Counted from the first letter of the stretch, positions 9,172-20,144 are shown. The stretch is DNA of 64,000 nt from Candidatus Nealsonbacteria bacterium (GCA_026396115.1 JAPLXL010000007.1:6565-70564); one strand, 5' to 3'. Notes: generated by a model from the sequence alone, not told the origin. Numbers and translations: made by a program.

Positions 9172-10402
9172 TTTTAATCACTTTAGAAATTTCATGATTC
9201 TCGACTATAAATTCCCTCGCCATTTTAATGATGTCTTTTTGAGACCTAAAATTTTGTAGCCTCAATTTGTTATGCAACAAAAAAAATGACAAATCACTTG
9301 ATAGTGGATTCACCATAAAAATATGTGGGAGTGGTATTTCAAATTTTGGTTTGCAATTTTCCCCTCTCAAATAAGAGGAGCCTGAAACATTTGGTATGAG
9401 CAATGGAACGCCACAGGCCAATGATTCTAAAACTAATCTTGCAGGGTAAAAAGTATCAACACAACCAACAACTATATTTGAAGCATTAATATAATGACTA
9501 AGAATCTCTTGCGAAACAAATTTTTGAGTAAATCTAATATTTTTAGGAAATAATTTTTCTAGTTTAATAATTTTATCTTCTAGTGGCCCCTCTCCAACAA
9601 AGACAAAAAAGAATTCCTTATCATCTGCTATTACTCTATAAGCTACTTCAATAAACAAATCACAAAATTTTATTCGATTTAAAACAGCGGTAAATAAAAC
9701 TATAAATTTATCATCAGGCAAATTAAGTCTTTCTCTTGCTATTTTTACAGAAGCCAGATAAAAAATTTTTGTATCTACAGATTGCACGCCTACAAATATT
9801 TTATCTTCATTGCTAATATTGCTAATCTCCATTACTTCCTTTTTTATATTTTTAGCATTTACGCCTATTTTAATAGCTTTCCGGAAACACAGACGGAGAA
9901 CACTCCTCATAAAAAAATTGATTAGGGAATTCTTTATATCTACATGCCATCGAATAACCAGTTTTTTTTTGCTAACCAAAGATAAAAAATAGGCGGGGAT
10001 ACTTTCTACTATAGCGCCGTTGGCAAATATAATATCCGCATCCTTTAGTTCTTTCCAATTTAAAAAAGCTCCTTTCAAAAGATAATAAGTGTGTAAAAAA
10101 ACAAAGAAAGTTTTTTTGAAAAAACCATCAAGAGTGCAAACGCTCTTTGCTTCTATCATAAATTTCAAAATATCTATTGGAACTTTTATTCTAATTACTT
10201 TAGAGTTTTGCCAATAATCTTCAAATTGACCCTTATATCGATTTTCATAAGTCAAAACAACGGCCTTCAATTTTTTACACTTCTCTATAAAATCCAAATA
10301 TTGAACACTGCTGGTTTCCACCCCTCCTTTTTTTGGAGGAAAATGAGATGTGATCAAAAATATCTTAGTTTTTTTAAATTCGGAGGCCATAAAAAAGTTC
10401 AA
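9149..10402 (-). CDS. Glycosyltransferase family 4
   Basis: FPPKKGGVE N-terminal motif; LESLACGVP. Confidence 0.85.
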   Translation of the reverse strand: MNFFMASEFKKTKIFLITSHFPPKKGGVETSSVQYLDFIEKCKKLKAVVLTYENRYKGQFEDYWQNSKVIRIKVPIDILKFMIEAKSVCTLDGFFKKTFFVFLHTYYLLKGAFLNWKELKDADIIFANGAIVESIPAYFLSLVSKKKLVIRWHVDIKNSLINFFMRSVLRLCFRKAIKIGVNAKNIKKEVMEISNISNEDKIFVGVQSVDTKIFYLASVKIARERLNLPDDKFIVLFTAVLNRIKFCDLFIEVAYRVIADDKEFFFVFVGEGPLEDKIIKLEKLFPKNIRFTQKFVSQEILSHYINASNIVVGCVDTFYPARLVLESLACGVPLLIPNVSGSSYLRGENCKPKFEIPLPHIFMVNPLSSDLSFFLLHNKLRLQNFRSQKDIIKMAREFIVENHEISKVIKNEIEEFI

Positions 10403-11623
10403 TTAATAATTTCTGTAATTTAAACTATTCTTGATATCAATAACTTTATTTTTTACTTTCAACAATTTATTTCTTAATGATGGATATTTATTCATTACAA
10501 CTATACAATCAACTTTGGCAAAATTATCCAAATATTTTAAATCAAGGTTTTCGATTTCCTGTTTGGAATATAACGGGTCGTAAGCAAAAACATTAAAACC
10601 ATTTTTTTTCAGAAGGTTTATCAATGGAAAGATTCTTGAATAAGCAATTTCTTTAACTCCCTCCCTAAAACTGATACCAATAACTAAAATATTTTTAATT
10701 TTTTTTGTATTTCTATTCTTTTTTGTCAATTCTATTACCTTATTTTTGTAAAAATCTATCATGGAATCATTAAACAACCTGGCAGTTTTAATGAGTGGTA
10801 CATTGAAATTATTAATGAGAAACCATGGATAAACTGAAATACATGGTCCTCCTACGTTTCCCGGGTCGAGAATATTAGTATTCGTCTTATAGTTAGCTAC
10901 ATGTCGTGTTTTCCAAAAATTAATATTAAGCTCCTGACAAACTTTAAAAAGTTCATTAGCCAAAGCGATATTTATATCTCGGAAAACACCTTCAAAAATC
11001 TTACTCATCTCGGCAATCTCTAAGCTCTCAGCTTCAACTACTTCCTTACAAAATCGCTGATAGAAATTAGCAGCTATTTTTGTTGATTTTTTATCAATTC
11101 CTCCAACTACCTTTGGATATTCTTGATATCTGGAGATAGCAAATCCCGTCATTGCCCTTTCCGGTGAATGTGCGAGAAAAAAGTCTCTACCTACTTTGAG
11201 ACCTGAATTCTTCTCTAAAATCTTTCCAACAACATTTCTCGTAGTCCCCACCGGTACCGTCGTTTCTAAAACTACTAAATCTCCTTTTTTTAGACCAAGG
11301 GCTATTTGCTTAGCGCTATCTTCAATGTTTTTGAAATCTGGTTTCTTGTTCTTATCAATAGAAAGAGGGGTAATTATTATATGAATCTGAGCTTCTTTGC
11401 TGGCTTCTACTCCATTAGTAGTTACAAAAAGTCTTTTACCAAAATTTCTTTTTAAAAGACTCGAAAGACTTTTCTCTTCAGGTATGGGGTTATATCCTTT
11501 GTTTATTAGATCAACCCTATTTTTATCAATATCTACTCCAAAAACACAAAAGCCGCTCTCTGCAATTACTGCTGATAAAGGCAAACCTACTTTTCCCATA
11601 CCGCTGATAGAAACTTTTTTCAT
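10403..11623 (-). CDS. Nucleotide-sugar (UDP-N-acetylhexosamine) dehydrogenase, WbpA/WecC family
   Basis: GMGKVG Rossmann motif, ETTVPVGTT, HSPER, catalytic GGPCI. Confidence 0.85.
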   Translation of the reverse strand: MKKVSISGMGKVGLPLSAVIAESGFCVFGVDIDKNRVDLINKGYNPIPEEKSLSSLLKRNFGKRLFVTTNGVEASKEAQIHIIITPLSIDKNKKPDFKNIEDSAKQIALGLKKGDLVVLETTVPVGTTRNVVGKILEKNSGLKVGRDFFLAHSPERAMTGFAISRYQEYPKVVGGIDKKSTKIAANFYQRFCKEVVEAESLEIAEMSKIFEGVFRDINIALANELFKVCQELNINFWKTRHVANYKTNTNILDPGNVGGPCISVYPWFLINNFNVPLIKTARLFNDSMIDFYKNKVIELTKKNRNTKKIKNILVIGISFREGVKEIAYSRIFPLINLLKKNGFNVFAYDPLYSKQEIENLDLKYLDNFAKVDCIVVMNKYPSLRNKLLKVKNKVIDIKNSLNYRNY

Positions 11624-11655
11624 ATTTTTGTTCTCTAAACTTTACTAATTAAAAA

Positions 11656-12789
11656 TTATGAATCCTGCAATATTTTATTAAAAACAGAGGTTAAAACTTT
11701 TTCCTCGTCATAATTTTTAGCAAAATTTAAAGTGTTATTGCTATATATTTTGTAAGAATTTTTATCTAATAATAACTTCTTAATTGCCATATACCATTCC
11801 TCTGGCGAATATACTAAAAATCCAAATTTATTTTTCTCAATAACATAAAACGCGCCATATAATCGTGTCGCAACTACTGGCAGACCCGAACCAATATATT
11901 CGACTATTTTTGTTGTAAGATCAGTTCCCGTAAACATATTATCTGCTACATAATCATTTTTTCTTGTAATATATGGACAAACCCCTATCATATATTTAGG
12001 CAGCATTTCTTTCAACAATATTTCATTGCTCACAATACCCTTGAAATTTACATTATCTTTTATAATAGATTTACATATTAAATCTTCTAAATGTTCTTTT
12101 TGATAACCCTCTCCATATATATCAAAAGTAAAATTAATGCCTTCTTTTTTTATTAATTCAAGCGCTTTAATTAGATTTGTAAAATCTACAGTCTGAGATA
12201 GATTTCCAGCGTATGCAATAGAGTTGGGAAGTTTTTTAATAATTTTGTCTATGCTATTTATATTAATAGTATGTTTTAATAAGAAAGTTTTATCACGATA
12301 TTTATTATTTGGATCAATGTTTTTAATAAAATTTTCTGTTAAATAAAAGCTGTAATTACAATTTCTGAAGGCAAATTTGTTAAGCGATAAATATATATAA
12401 TTGGCAATTCTATTTCTAAATCTTCTTGTCGAAAAATCTACATTATAATAAACTATTTTCCCAACTTTTAAAGATCTTTTTAATAAAAAGGCATGAAAGA
12501 ACGACAGCGGGTCAAAACAGACTGTTAAATCAAATTTAATCGCTTTTTTGATATTAAATTTATATTTAATAAAAAAAATAATGCCTTCAAAAATATACTG
12601 AAATGGCCAAAAAATTTTATACTTGATTTCTCTTTCGTCAATTTTTATAACGCTTTTTAAAGAAGATTTTGGGTTTAGAGGGTTTAACGCAAAAACTAAT
12701 GAGTAGTTATGTTTCAAAAAATATAACGATAATTTATCCATCACGCCAGGCGTATCTGTGTAATGCGATACTAATAAAATATTTTTCAT
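11656..12789 (-). CDS. Glycosyltransferase family 4-like
   Basis: KIVEYIGSGLPVVAT GT-B C-terminal motif. Confidence 0.75.
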   Translation of the reverse strand: MKNILLVSHYTDTPGVMDKLSLYFLKHNYSLVFALNPLNPKSSLKSVIKIDEREIKYKIFWPFQYIFEGIIFFIKYKFNIKKAIKFDLTVCFDPLSFFHAFLLKRSLKVGKIVYYNVDFSTRRFRNRIANYIYLSLNKFAFRNCNYSFYLTENFIKNIDPNNKYRDKTFLLKHTININSIDKIIKKLPNSIAYAGNLSQTVDFTNLIKALELIKKEGINFTFDIYGEGYQKEHLEDLICKSIIKDNVNFKGIVSNEILLKEMLPKYMIGVCPYITRKNDYVADNMFTGTDLTTKIVEYIGSGLPVVATRLYGAFYVIEKNKFGFLVYSPEEWYMAIKKLLLDKNSYKIYSNNTLNFAKNYDEEKVLTSVFNKILQDS

Positions 12790-12816
12790 TTGATTAAGTT
12801 TATATTTAAAATTAAT

Positions 12817-13542
12817 TTATTGAGAACAAATGATATAGATTTCTGCGTCTAATTCAGGAAAATCTTTACCCAGCTCATAAAATCCTTTAATCATTTTTTT
12901 GTCCCAACTTTCTTCTATTTGCTTATTAGATAATGGTTTGAAAAAGATACCACCAGTTTTTTTGATTTTCAATCCCGCTTTTTTAATATCTCTTTTTAAA
13001 GCATCAATTGTGTAGACTCGACGATGACCTATCCTTTTGTCAGCTTCATTCAAGTCAGTGCACTTTTTTAAAAGCCCCATTTTAATCCCTACCTGTCGGT
13101 GAAGGGAATTAGCATTTGGAACATCTACCAAAATAATTCCGTTCTTTTTAAGCCAACTTTTCGCTAATTTCAAAACTTTTATCGGATTTTTTACATGTTC
13201 TAAAATATGAGCCAAAACAATAGTATCAAATTTTTCTTTTGGTTTATATTCTTCTACTAATGAACATACGACTTCTAAATTTCTGTTTTTTATTGTTCTT
13301 TTTAATTTATCAGTTAATTCTTTAGATCCATCCAGGGCCACTATTCTTTTAAAAAATTTCAAAAGATGCCTAGTTCCCTGGCCATCTGCACTACCTATTT
13401 CTAAACAATTTTTTCCTTTAAAAAATTCTTTAAAAGTTTCATATCTTAAATCTACTAAAACGCTATTAAAGCCAGTTCTTGAACTAAAAATTTTGCCAAT
13501 TCTTTCCAGATGTTTTTTTTCTTTTTTGATGAAATTTTTCAT
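12817..13542 (-). CDS. Class I SAM-dependent methyltransferase
   Basis: LEIGSADG motif I; HILEHV. Confidence 0.85.
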   Translation of the reverse strand: MKNFIKKEKKHLERIGKIFSSRTGFNSVLVDLRYETFKEFFKGKNCLEIGSADGQGTRHLLKFFKRIVALDGSKELTDKLKRTIKNRNLEVVCSLVEEYKPKEKFDTIVLAHILEHVKNPIKVLKLAKSWLKKNGIILVDVPNANSLHRQVGIKMGLLKKCTDLNEADKRIGHRRVYTIDALKRDIKKAGLKIKKTGGIFFKPLSNKQIEESWDKKMIKGFYELGKDFPELDAEIYIICSQ

Positions 13543-13546
13543 AAAA

Positions 13547-14110
13547 TCAAATTATAAAAGTTTTAATCCCTGCTCTTTCTCCACATATCTTATCGTTTTC
13601 ATTATTACCAATAAATATTATATTATCTTTGTCTATTTTCCATTTATCAATAATTAACTTTAGCCCCTCGGGATCTGGTTTATGCGCTTTTATGTCTTCT
13701 TTGGCAACGACAATATTAAATAAATTTTTAATTCTTAATTTATCCAAAAAATAATCAATTGTTTTTTTCATATTACTGGAAAAAATTCCTAATTTTATTT
13801 TTTTTATATAACAATCGTTAAAAAATCCCAAAATATTTTTATTAACAATAGCTTTATTAGGATATTTTAATTCATAAATTTCTACTAAATTATAAGCATC
13901 CTTTAAGCCCTCAGGTCCTAATTTTTTATTAACTTCGGCTAAAATGTCATTCAATTTTATCTCTCCATTAAAAAAAAATTTACTTTTTAATTCTTGCTTT
14001 AAACTAAGCCAATCAACAAAAAGATCGACGATAACTCCATCAAAATCAAAAATCACGCCTCTAATTGTAGAATCTTTTAAAATATTATTTAAAGTTTCTT
14101 GCCTGTCCAT
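13547..14110 (-). CDS. HAD-family hydrolase
   Basis: FDFDGVIVD motif I; KPDPEG; IGNNEND. Confidence 0.85.
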   Translation of the reverse strand: MDRQETLNNILKDSTIRGVIFDFDGVIVDLFVDWLSLKQELKSKFFFNGEIKLNDILAEVNKKLGPEGLKDAYNLVEIYELKYPNKAIVNKNILGFFNDCYIKKIKLGIFSSNMKKTIDYFLDKLRIKNLFNIVVAKEDIKAHKPDPEGLKLIIDKWKIDKDNIIFIGNNENDKICGERAGIKTFII

Positions 14111-15165
14111 TTTTCTCTTTTAATAAGTTTGTATCCCATATCTATTGTTCTTATCCAATACCAGCCCTCTGGAATGGCGTTATATTTGGGTAAATTGGGT
14201 AGTTTTTCTCCGTAAGCCATTTTAATATAATAATAAGGCATGTTCGAGCCTGCTGTACTAAAAAAATTACTAGTAGTAAAAAATCTCCCGCAATTAATTT
14301 CGGTAATAGAAGGAATGCCCTGCTTGTTTTCTTTCATATCTACACAAAAAATCCCGGTCGCCTTTTTATCTATTGTTTTTATAGCTTCGGTAGCAATCTT
14401 ATTAACATCGTCACGATGAACAGTTTTGGCAACAGAAGGACTCGATGACTGCCCAGAAGGGGTTAAATTACCAAAAACATATTCCATTCGCTCTCTGGCT
14501 TGTGAAGTAATAATTTCCCCATCTTTCCAAATGCTCTGGAAGGCGAATTCTTTGCCGGATAAAAATTCACTGACCATAAAATCACTATATTTAAGACCTT
14601 TCATAGTAATCCAATATTTTATCCACTGATGACCTTGCTCTAAATCTTTTATCGGCAGACTTGCTCTTGAACCAGCACCTTTAATAGCTCTAAGCCAAAT
14701 TTTTTCATTGGCTTTAAGCAAATTTTTGAGAGCAAACGCTAAATCATTTTTATTCTCTAAAAGAAATGATTTAGGAACAGGAATATTATTTTTTTTCATT
14801 AGTTTATTGAATTCTATTTTATTTTGGCAAATTTCTATTGTTTTGTGAGGCGGAAGAAAAGTTTTCGCTTTTATTTTTTTTCTGTTAAAACTTATAACCT
14901 CCACCTCTACATCCGGCTGAGGATGCACAAATTCTATCTTTTCTAAAGTAATAAGTTTGTTAAGTTTTTCAATGTAAGAAGGATCTTTGGTTAAAGGAAG
15001 TATATATTTTTTTTCGAGCCCTTCAGCTAATTCTAAATGATACTTGTTAATATCGCTTCCAACTAAATAAAAACTCTCCTTAGCCATTCTTAATGACTGA
15101 ACAAAATTAGCACCTGCTGATCCGCCAACGCCAGTAATTAAAATTCTTTTTTTATTTTTAGACAT
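14089..15165 (-). CDS. ATP-grasp domain protein (amide ligase-like)
   Basis: ILITGVGG, NKIEF, SEFLSGKEF and EINCGRF ATP-grasp motifs. Confidence 0.8.
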   Translation of the reverse strand: MSKNKKRILITGVGGSAGANFVQSLRMAKESFYLVGSDINKYHLELAEGLEKKYILPLTKDPSYIEKLNKLITLEKIEFVHPQPDVEVEVISFNRKKIKAKTFLPPHKTIEICQNKIEFNKLMKKNNIPVPKSFLLENKNDLAFALKNLLKANEKIWLRAIKGAGSRASLPIKDLEQGHQWIKYWITMKGLKYSDFMVSEFLSGKEFAFQSIWKDGEIITSQARERMEYVFGNLTPSGQSSSPSVAKTVHRDDVNKIATEAIKTIDKKATGIFCVDMKENKQGIPSITEINCGRFFTTSNFFSTAGSNMPYYYIKMAYGEKLPNLPKYNAIPEGWYWIRTIDMGYKLIKREKWTGKKL

Positions 15166-15184
15166 AATTCAAAATTTATTAATC

Positions 15185-16153
15185 TTATATCTTTAAAGCT
15201 ATTTCTAATGTCTTGTATGCATCTTCTCCGGTAACCAACGGTTCTTTATTATTTAAAACAGAACTAACAAATTCAATAAGTTCGCATTTTAACGGCTCCA
15301 TTTTATTAATACCGACTATAATCTTATCCGGCGAACTGTATTTAGAAACAAATTCATTAAAATCGTTATATTGATTATTTTTATCAAAATGGCCATTTTC
15401 GTATACAGTTATTTTTTGGTTGATATAATCTAGTCTTGCGAAAGCTTTAGTTCCCGTAATATCCAATGTCCTGAATTTTACAGGGGTAATCCAATTAACC
15501 TCAATAAAAGATGATGCTTTCGGATATTTCAACAAAATCACCGCACTATCTTCCTGACTATCTATTAAATTTTTTGATTTAAAGCCATAAACTTCTTTAG
15601 GATATTCCCCCAAAAGATAGTTTGAAATATCAATGTCATGAACAGCTAAATCTATTACCACATTGGCATCTTTAATCTGCGGGGGTAAACCGCCTACCCG
15701 TTTAATATTTATGGAAATGATGTTTCCCAACCTGTTATCCGCAATTAAATCTTTTAAGCGCCGAATCGCTGGATTAAATCTTTCGATGTGACCGATCATT
15801 AATTTAAGGTTATTTTCTTTTGCTTTGTTTATAATATCCCTTGCTTCCATTAAATTTACAGCTATCGGCTTTTCCAATAAAACATTGATTTTCATATCCA
15901 ACACATCGCAAGCGACCCTGTGATGTAAAAATGTCGGCACAGCTATTGATGCTGCATCTATTTTTTGCTCTTTCAACATCTTTTTATAATCATCGTAAAA
16001 GAGACAGCCATATTCTTTCGCTAATCTCCTGCCCTCCTCTATATTTAAATCGCAAATAGCTACTAAATTTACTTGAGGCATCTCAAAATAATTTCTAGCA
16101 TGATGCCTGCCTATATTTCCGACGCCGATGACCGCAACATTTAATTTAGACAT
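15185..16153 (-). CDS. Gfo/Idh/MocA oxidoreductase, WbpB-like sugar 3-dehydrogenase
   Basis: GVGNIG, LLEKPIA, GHIERFNPA, DLAVHDID. Confidence 0.85.
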   Translation of the reverse strand: MSKLNVAVIGVGNIGRHHARNYFEMPQVNLVAICDLNIEEGRRLAKEYGCLFYDDYKKMLKEQKIDAASIAVPTFLHHRVACDVLDMKINVLLEKPIAVNLMEARDIINKAKENNLKLMIGHIERFNPAIRRLKDLIADNRLGNIISINIKRVGGLPPQIKDANVVIDLAVHDIDISNYLLGEYPKEVYGFKSKNLIDSQEDSAVILLKYPKASSFIEVNWITPVKFRTLDITGTKAFARLDYINQKITVYENGHFDKNNQYNDFNEFVSKYSSPDKIIVGINKMEPLKCELIEFVSSVLNNKEPLVTGEDAYKTLEIALKI

Positions 16154-16155
16154 AA

Positions 16156-17253
16156 TTAAATTTCTTTAATCGTTTTAATTATAAATTTTATATCTTCTTC
16201 GGAAACGAGAGGGTGAACGGGTAAAGACAAAACCTCTTTGCTTATTTTTTCTGATATGGGAAAATCTCCTTTTTTATACCCCAATTTGCGGAAATAAGGA
16301 TACAAATGGAGAGGTTTGGGATAAAAAATCGAGTTTCCGATACCTTTTTCTTTTAAACATTGCGATAATTCATCTCTAGTTATTTTAAATTCGTTAGTCA
16401 CTCTAATAGTATATTGATGAAAAACATGTTTATAATTCTTTTTTATTATTGGGGTTATTAAACCTTTAATGTTTTTTAACCTTTCTGTTAACATCTGAGC
16501 GTTTCTCATTCTTTTTTTATTAAAATCATCTATCCTTTTGAGTTGCTCTATCCCTATGGCAGCGGCAATATCTGTCATGCGGTAATTGAAACCTAAATCA
16601 AAATATTGGTAATGGGTTTTTTCTGATTGACCGTGATGTCTGAATCTTCTCGCTAATTCCGCATACCTTCCACTATTTGTCACTATCATTCCGCCCTCAC
16701 AAGTTGTCATATTTTTAGTGGCATAAAAGGAAAAGCATCCCATTTCTCCAAATGCCCCTGCTTTTCTATGATTAAATTCAGCCCCATGAGCCTGGCAAGC
16801 ATCTTCAATAATTTTTAACTTATATTTTTTCGCTATTTTGTTTACAGCCTCTACCTCATAAATCTGTCCGTATAAATCAACCGGTAATATTGCTTTAGTT
16901 TTTTGGGTAATTTTTTCTTCTATTTTGGTTGGGTCAATATTAAAAGTATCCGGTAGAATATCAACGAAAACAGGTTTTGCTCTCTGCATTATGATAGAGT
17001 TAGCTGTGGCTGCAAAAGTAAAGGGAGTAGTAATTATTTCATCCCGCTCTTTTATTCCGGTGGCATATAAGGCGCAGTGCAGAGCCGCTGTGCCACTATT
17101 AACCGCTACAGCATATTTTGTCCCACAAAAATTAGCGAACCACTTTTCAAATTCAACTACCATCGGGCCTTGAGTTATTATTCCCGATTTTAAAACTTTC
17201 TCCACGGCTCGTATTTCTTCTTCTTTGATAATCGGTTGAGCAATTTTTATCAT
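16156..17253 (-). CDS. DegT/DnrJ/EryC1/StrS aminotransferase, WbpE-like
   Basis: SGTAALH, EDACQAHG, FSFYATKN (PLP lysine), GFNYRM. Confidence 0.9.
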   Translation of the reverse strand: MIKIAQPIIKEEEIRAVEKVLKSGIITQGPMVVEFEKWFANFCGTKYAVAVNSGTAALHCALYATGIKERDEIITTPFTFAATANSIIMQRAKPVFVDILPDTFNIDPTKIEEKITQKTKAILPVDLYGQIYEVEAVNKIAKKYKLKIIEDACQAHGAEFNHRKAGAFGEMGCFSFYATKNMTTCEGGMIVTNSGRYAELARRFRHHGQSEKTHYQYFDLGFNYRMTDIAAAIGIEQLKRIDDFNKKRMRNAQMLTERLKNIKGLITPIIKKNYKHVFHQYTIRVTNEFKITRDELSQCLKEKGIGNSIFYPKPLHLYPYFRKLGYKKGDFPISEKISKEVLSLPVHPLVSEEDIKFIIKTIKEI

Positions 17254-17264
17254 AAATTATTTCT

Positions 17265-18083
17265 TTAATTTTTCTCCATAAAATAACCAGCTCCCCCAAA
17301 AACAAACTCGCAGGTTTTCATAAAAAGCATACCTATTCCTATAATTGGATTCTTAAAAAGTTTTTTCGGTTGGGAAAAAAATAATTTATATCTGCTAAAG
17401 ATTCTTGTTTGCTTTTTGAATCGCTTGCTATCTTTGTTTTTACCGGCATAATTTGTAAATTCTCCCGCATAATAAAATTTTTTTTTAATTATTTTGAAAA
17501 GTCCTATTTTGCCTTCGTTGTGATAAATAAAATCATTTATTCTGCCAATTTTTCCCTCTTTTTCTATTCTTTGCGACAAGTCCCAATCTTCTCCACTAAC
17601 CATATTTTCATCATAACCGCTCACTTCTTCAAAAATATTTTTATCAAAGAATCTGGCTGCCTCCATCCAATCTACACCGACATAAAAACTTCTTTCCAAT
17701 TTCTTGCACTGCGCCCAAAATCCTATGCCAAATGATTCTTCGGGAATTATTATTCCTGCGATATTTTCCAATGATTTTGTCTTTTTAACACAACTCTCAA
17801 TCACATTTTCATTTAGCTCCATATCGCTATCAATAATAACCACATATTCTCCGCTTGAATTTTCCACGCCAAAATTTCTTTGAGCCGACCTTTCCTGTCC
17901 CCTGTTAAAAACTTTGTCCACATATTTTTGAGCAATTTCTTTTGTTTTATCAGTAGAATTATTATCAACCACAATTAGCTCTATATTTTGGTAGGTCTGA
18001 TTCTTTATAGACTCCAAGCATTTTTCAAGAAACTTTTCCGAATTTTTTGTAGGTATTATTACTGAAACTAAAGGGTTATGCAT
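17265..18083 (-). CDS. Glycosyltransferase family 2
   Basis: VSVIIPT, VDNNSTD, IDSD, GEDWDL. Confidence 0.9.
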   Translation of the reverse strand: MHNPLVSVIIPTKNSEKFLEKCLESIKNQTYQNIELIVVDNNSTDKTKEIAQKYVDKVFNRGQERSAQRNFGVENSSGEYVVIIDSDMELNENVIESCVKKTKSLENIAGIIIPEESFGIGFWAQCKKLERSFYVGVDWMEAARFFDKNIFEEVSGYDENMVSGEDWDLSQRIEKEGKIGRINDFIYHNEGKIGLFKIIKKKFYYAGEFTNYAGKNKDSKRFKKQTRIFSRYKLFFSQPKKLFKNPIIGIGMLFMKTCEFVFGGAGYFMEKN

Positions 18084-19188
18084 ACCTTTCTATTATCTCT
18101 TTGAAATCACTATAACTTCTTTCAAAGTTGATTTCTTTTGACCATTGCCAGGCATTAATTCTTAAATTTCGGAATTTTTCTTGATCGTTAAACAATTCCG
18201 TTATATTTTTGGCTAAATTTTCGGGAGTATTTCGTTGACAAATCAGACCTGTTTCATTGTTTTTCACCGAATCTCTTAATCCGTCAACGTTATAAACAAT
18301 TGCCGGAGTTCCTTGGCTGTTTGCCTCCGTAACTATCAAACCCCAGCCCTCTTTAACCGAAGTTACACAAAGTAAATGAGCTTTTTGTAATAATTTAACC
18401 TTCGCTTCTTTTTCTACTTTTCCAAAATAAGTAATCTCTTTTTTGTATTGAGAGTTATCAATTAGTCGCATTATTTTTAAAAAATATTTTCCATCTCCCC
18501 CGCCGGCAACCCATAATTTTAAATTTTTTATATTTTTTTTGGCGAGCCCGAAAGCTTTAACTACCTGGTCGAGCCTCTTCATTGGCTTAATAGCGCCTAA
18601 GAATAAGATTGTTGGTTCTTTTTCTTTTATTTCTTCTATTTCGGGTAATTCTTTTAAAGTTTCAATTTCTATTCCTTCTGAAATAATATAAATATTTTCT
18701 TTTTTGAAACCGTATTTTAATAAATCCTTTCTCGTGCTTTCTGAAACTGTGATAACTTTTCTATCTCGCAAAAGCCATAAATATATTGGTTCAATTAAAT
18801 ATCCTATTAAATTTAAAGGAAAAGATGTTTGATAAAACCAAATTTCTCGGCAGAGCTGGTGAATAAACAAGATATTTTTTTCTTTTACATAAAATTTAGC
18901 AAAAAAAGGAATTGTGTTTATTTCATCAATCACCAAATCAGCCCAGCCGACCAAATGTTTTTTATAGTATTTATAGGCCTGCCAATAGACTGTCCAACGA
19001 TTTCCGAGTCGGATGACTTTATAGCCGTCAATAATCTCTTCTTTCAAAGAGCCTTTAAATCCGGCTACCAACAATATAACCTCATAACCGGCTTGAACTA
19101 ATCTTTTTGCCAATTCTTCATTAACGATTTCCGCTCCGCCGGCTAAAGGATTTTTTCTGTCTTTCCATGTAAACCACAAAATTTTCAT
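18076..19188 (-). CDS. Glycosyltransferase family 4
   Basis: GGAE; EGWGLIVTEA (Ex7E). Confidence 0.9.
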   Translation of the reverse strand: MKILWFTWKDRKNPLAGGAEIVNEELAKRLVQAGYEVILLVAGFKGSLKEEIIDGYKVIRLGNRWTVYWQAYKYYKKHLVGWADLVIDEINTIPFFAKFYVKEKNILFIHQLCREIWFYQTSFPLNLIGYLIEPIYLWLLRDRKVITVSESTRKDLLKYGFKKENIYIISEGIEIETLKELPEIEEIKEKEPTILFLGAIKPMKRLDQVVKAFGLAKKNIKNLKLWVAGGGDGKYFLKIMRLIDNSQYKKEITYFGKVEKEAKVKLLQKAHLLCVTSVKEGWGLIVTEANSQGTPAIVYNVDGLRDSVKNNETGLICQRNTPENLAKNITELFNDQEKFRNLRINAWQWSKEINFERSYSDFKEIIERYA

Positions 19189-20144
19189 ATTTTTCTGTCA
19201 AAACTACTCTTTCTAATCACGTAATTTGGCCTATTGGTCACTTCTGCCTTAATATTGGCAATATACAAAGCGACCAGCCCCAAACAAGCCAAAACCAAAC
19301 CAACCAAAAAAATAATCAAAATAGCCAACTCTGCCGTCCCAGTAAAACTCATGGCAAAACTATTATGAATAATATATTTACCGATAAGCAGCAGAAACCC
19401 GGCTGTACCAAACAAAGAAGTAATTGCAATACCTAAATAACCGGCCAGCTTAAGCGGAAGCAAACTGTGAGATACAATAGTATTTAAAGCTAATTTTATT
19501 AACTTTATTTTGTCATAACACGCTGTGCCATTAACCCTTCCGTTGGCATTAAAATAGATATACTCCCGTTTGAAACCCAGCCAATCAATCAATCCCCTAG
19601 CCATTCTGCCGTGTTCGGTAAATCGGCGAAACGCCAAAACCACCTTTTTATCAAGCAATCTATAATCGGTTGCCCTGGGAGTAATTTTCGTTTCTCCAAT
19701 AAAATTAATAATTTTGTAAAATAAGAGGGATCCAAGTTTTTTCACCAAACCCTCTCCATTATTTTTATTTCTCACACCAACCACTACTTCGGCTCCATTT
19801 TGCCATTTCTCAATAAAGCCAGGTATCAATTCAACCGGGTGCTGCAAATCTGCGTCTATCATAAGAACTGCGTCACCGCTGGCCACATCCAAACCGGCCG
19901 AAAGGGCAATTTCCTTGCCAAAATTGCGGGAAAATTGAAGATATTTAATATTTTTGTTCTGATTTGTTAAGTTTTCTAAGATCTCCGGGCTTTTATCCAC
20001 ACTCCCATCATCAATAAATATAATCTCGTAATTGTATCTTTCTTGTAAACTATTGAAAACTTTCAGCAATTTATCATAAACCAGAGGAATATTTTTCTCT
20101 TCATTGAAAAACGGAATGATTATTGAGATTATCTTTTTGGGCAT
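19185..20144 (-). CDS. GT2 polyprenol-phosphate glycosyltransferase (GtrB/YkoT-like)
   Basis: DDGS, SRNFGKE, DADLQHP, two C-terminal TMs, RPNY. Confidence 0.9.
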   Translation of the reverse strand: MPKKIISIIIPFFNEEKNIPLVYDKLLKVFNSLQERYNYEIIFIDDGSVDKSPEILENLTNQNKNIKYLQFSRNFGKEIALSAGLDVASGDAVLMIDADLQHPVELIPGFIEKWQNGAEVVVGVRNKNNGEGLVKKLGSLLFYKIINFIGETKITPRATDYRLLDKKVVLAFRRFTEHGRMARGLIDWLGFKREYIYFNANGRVNGTACYDKIKLIKLALNTIVSHSLLPLKLAGYLGIAITSLFGTAGFLLLIGKYIIHNSFAMSFTGTAELAILIIFLVGLVLACLGLVALYIANIKAEVTNRPNYVIRKSSFDRKI

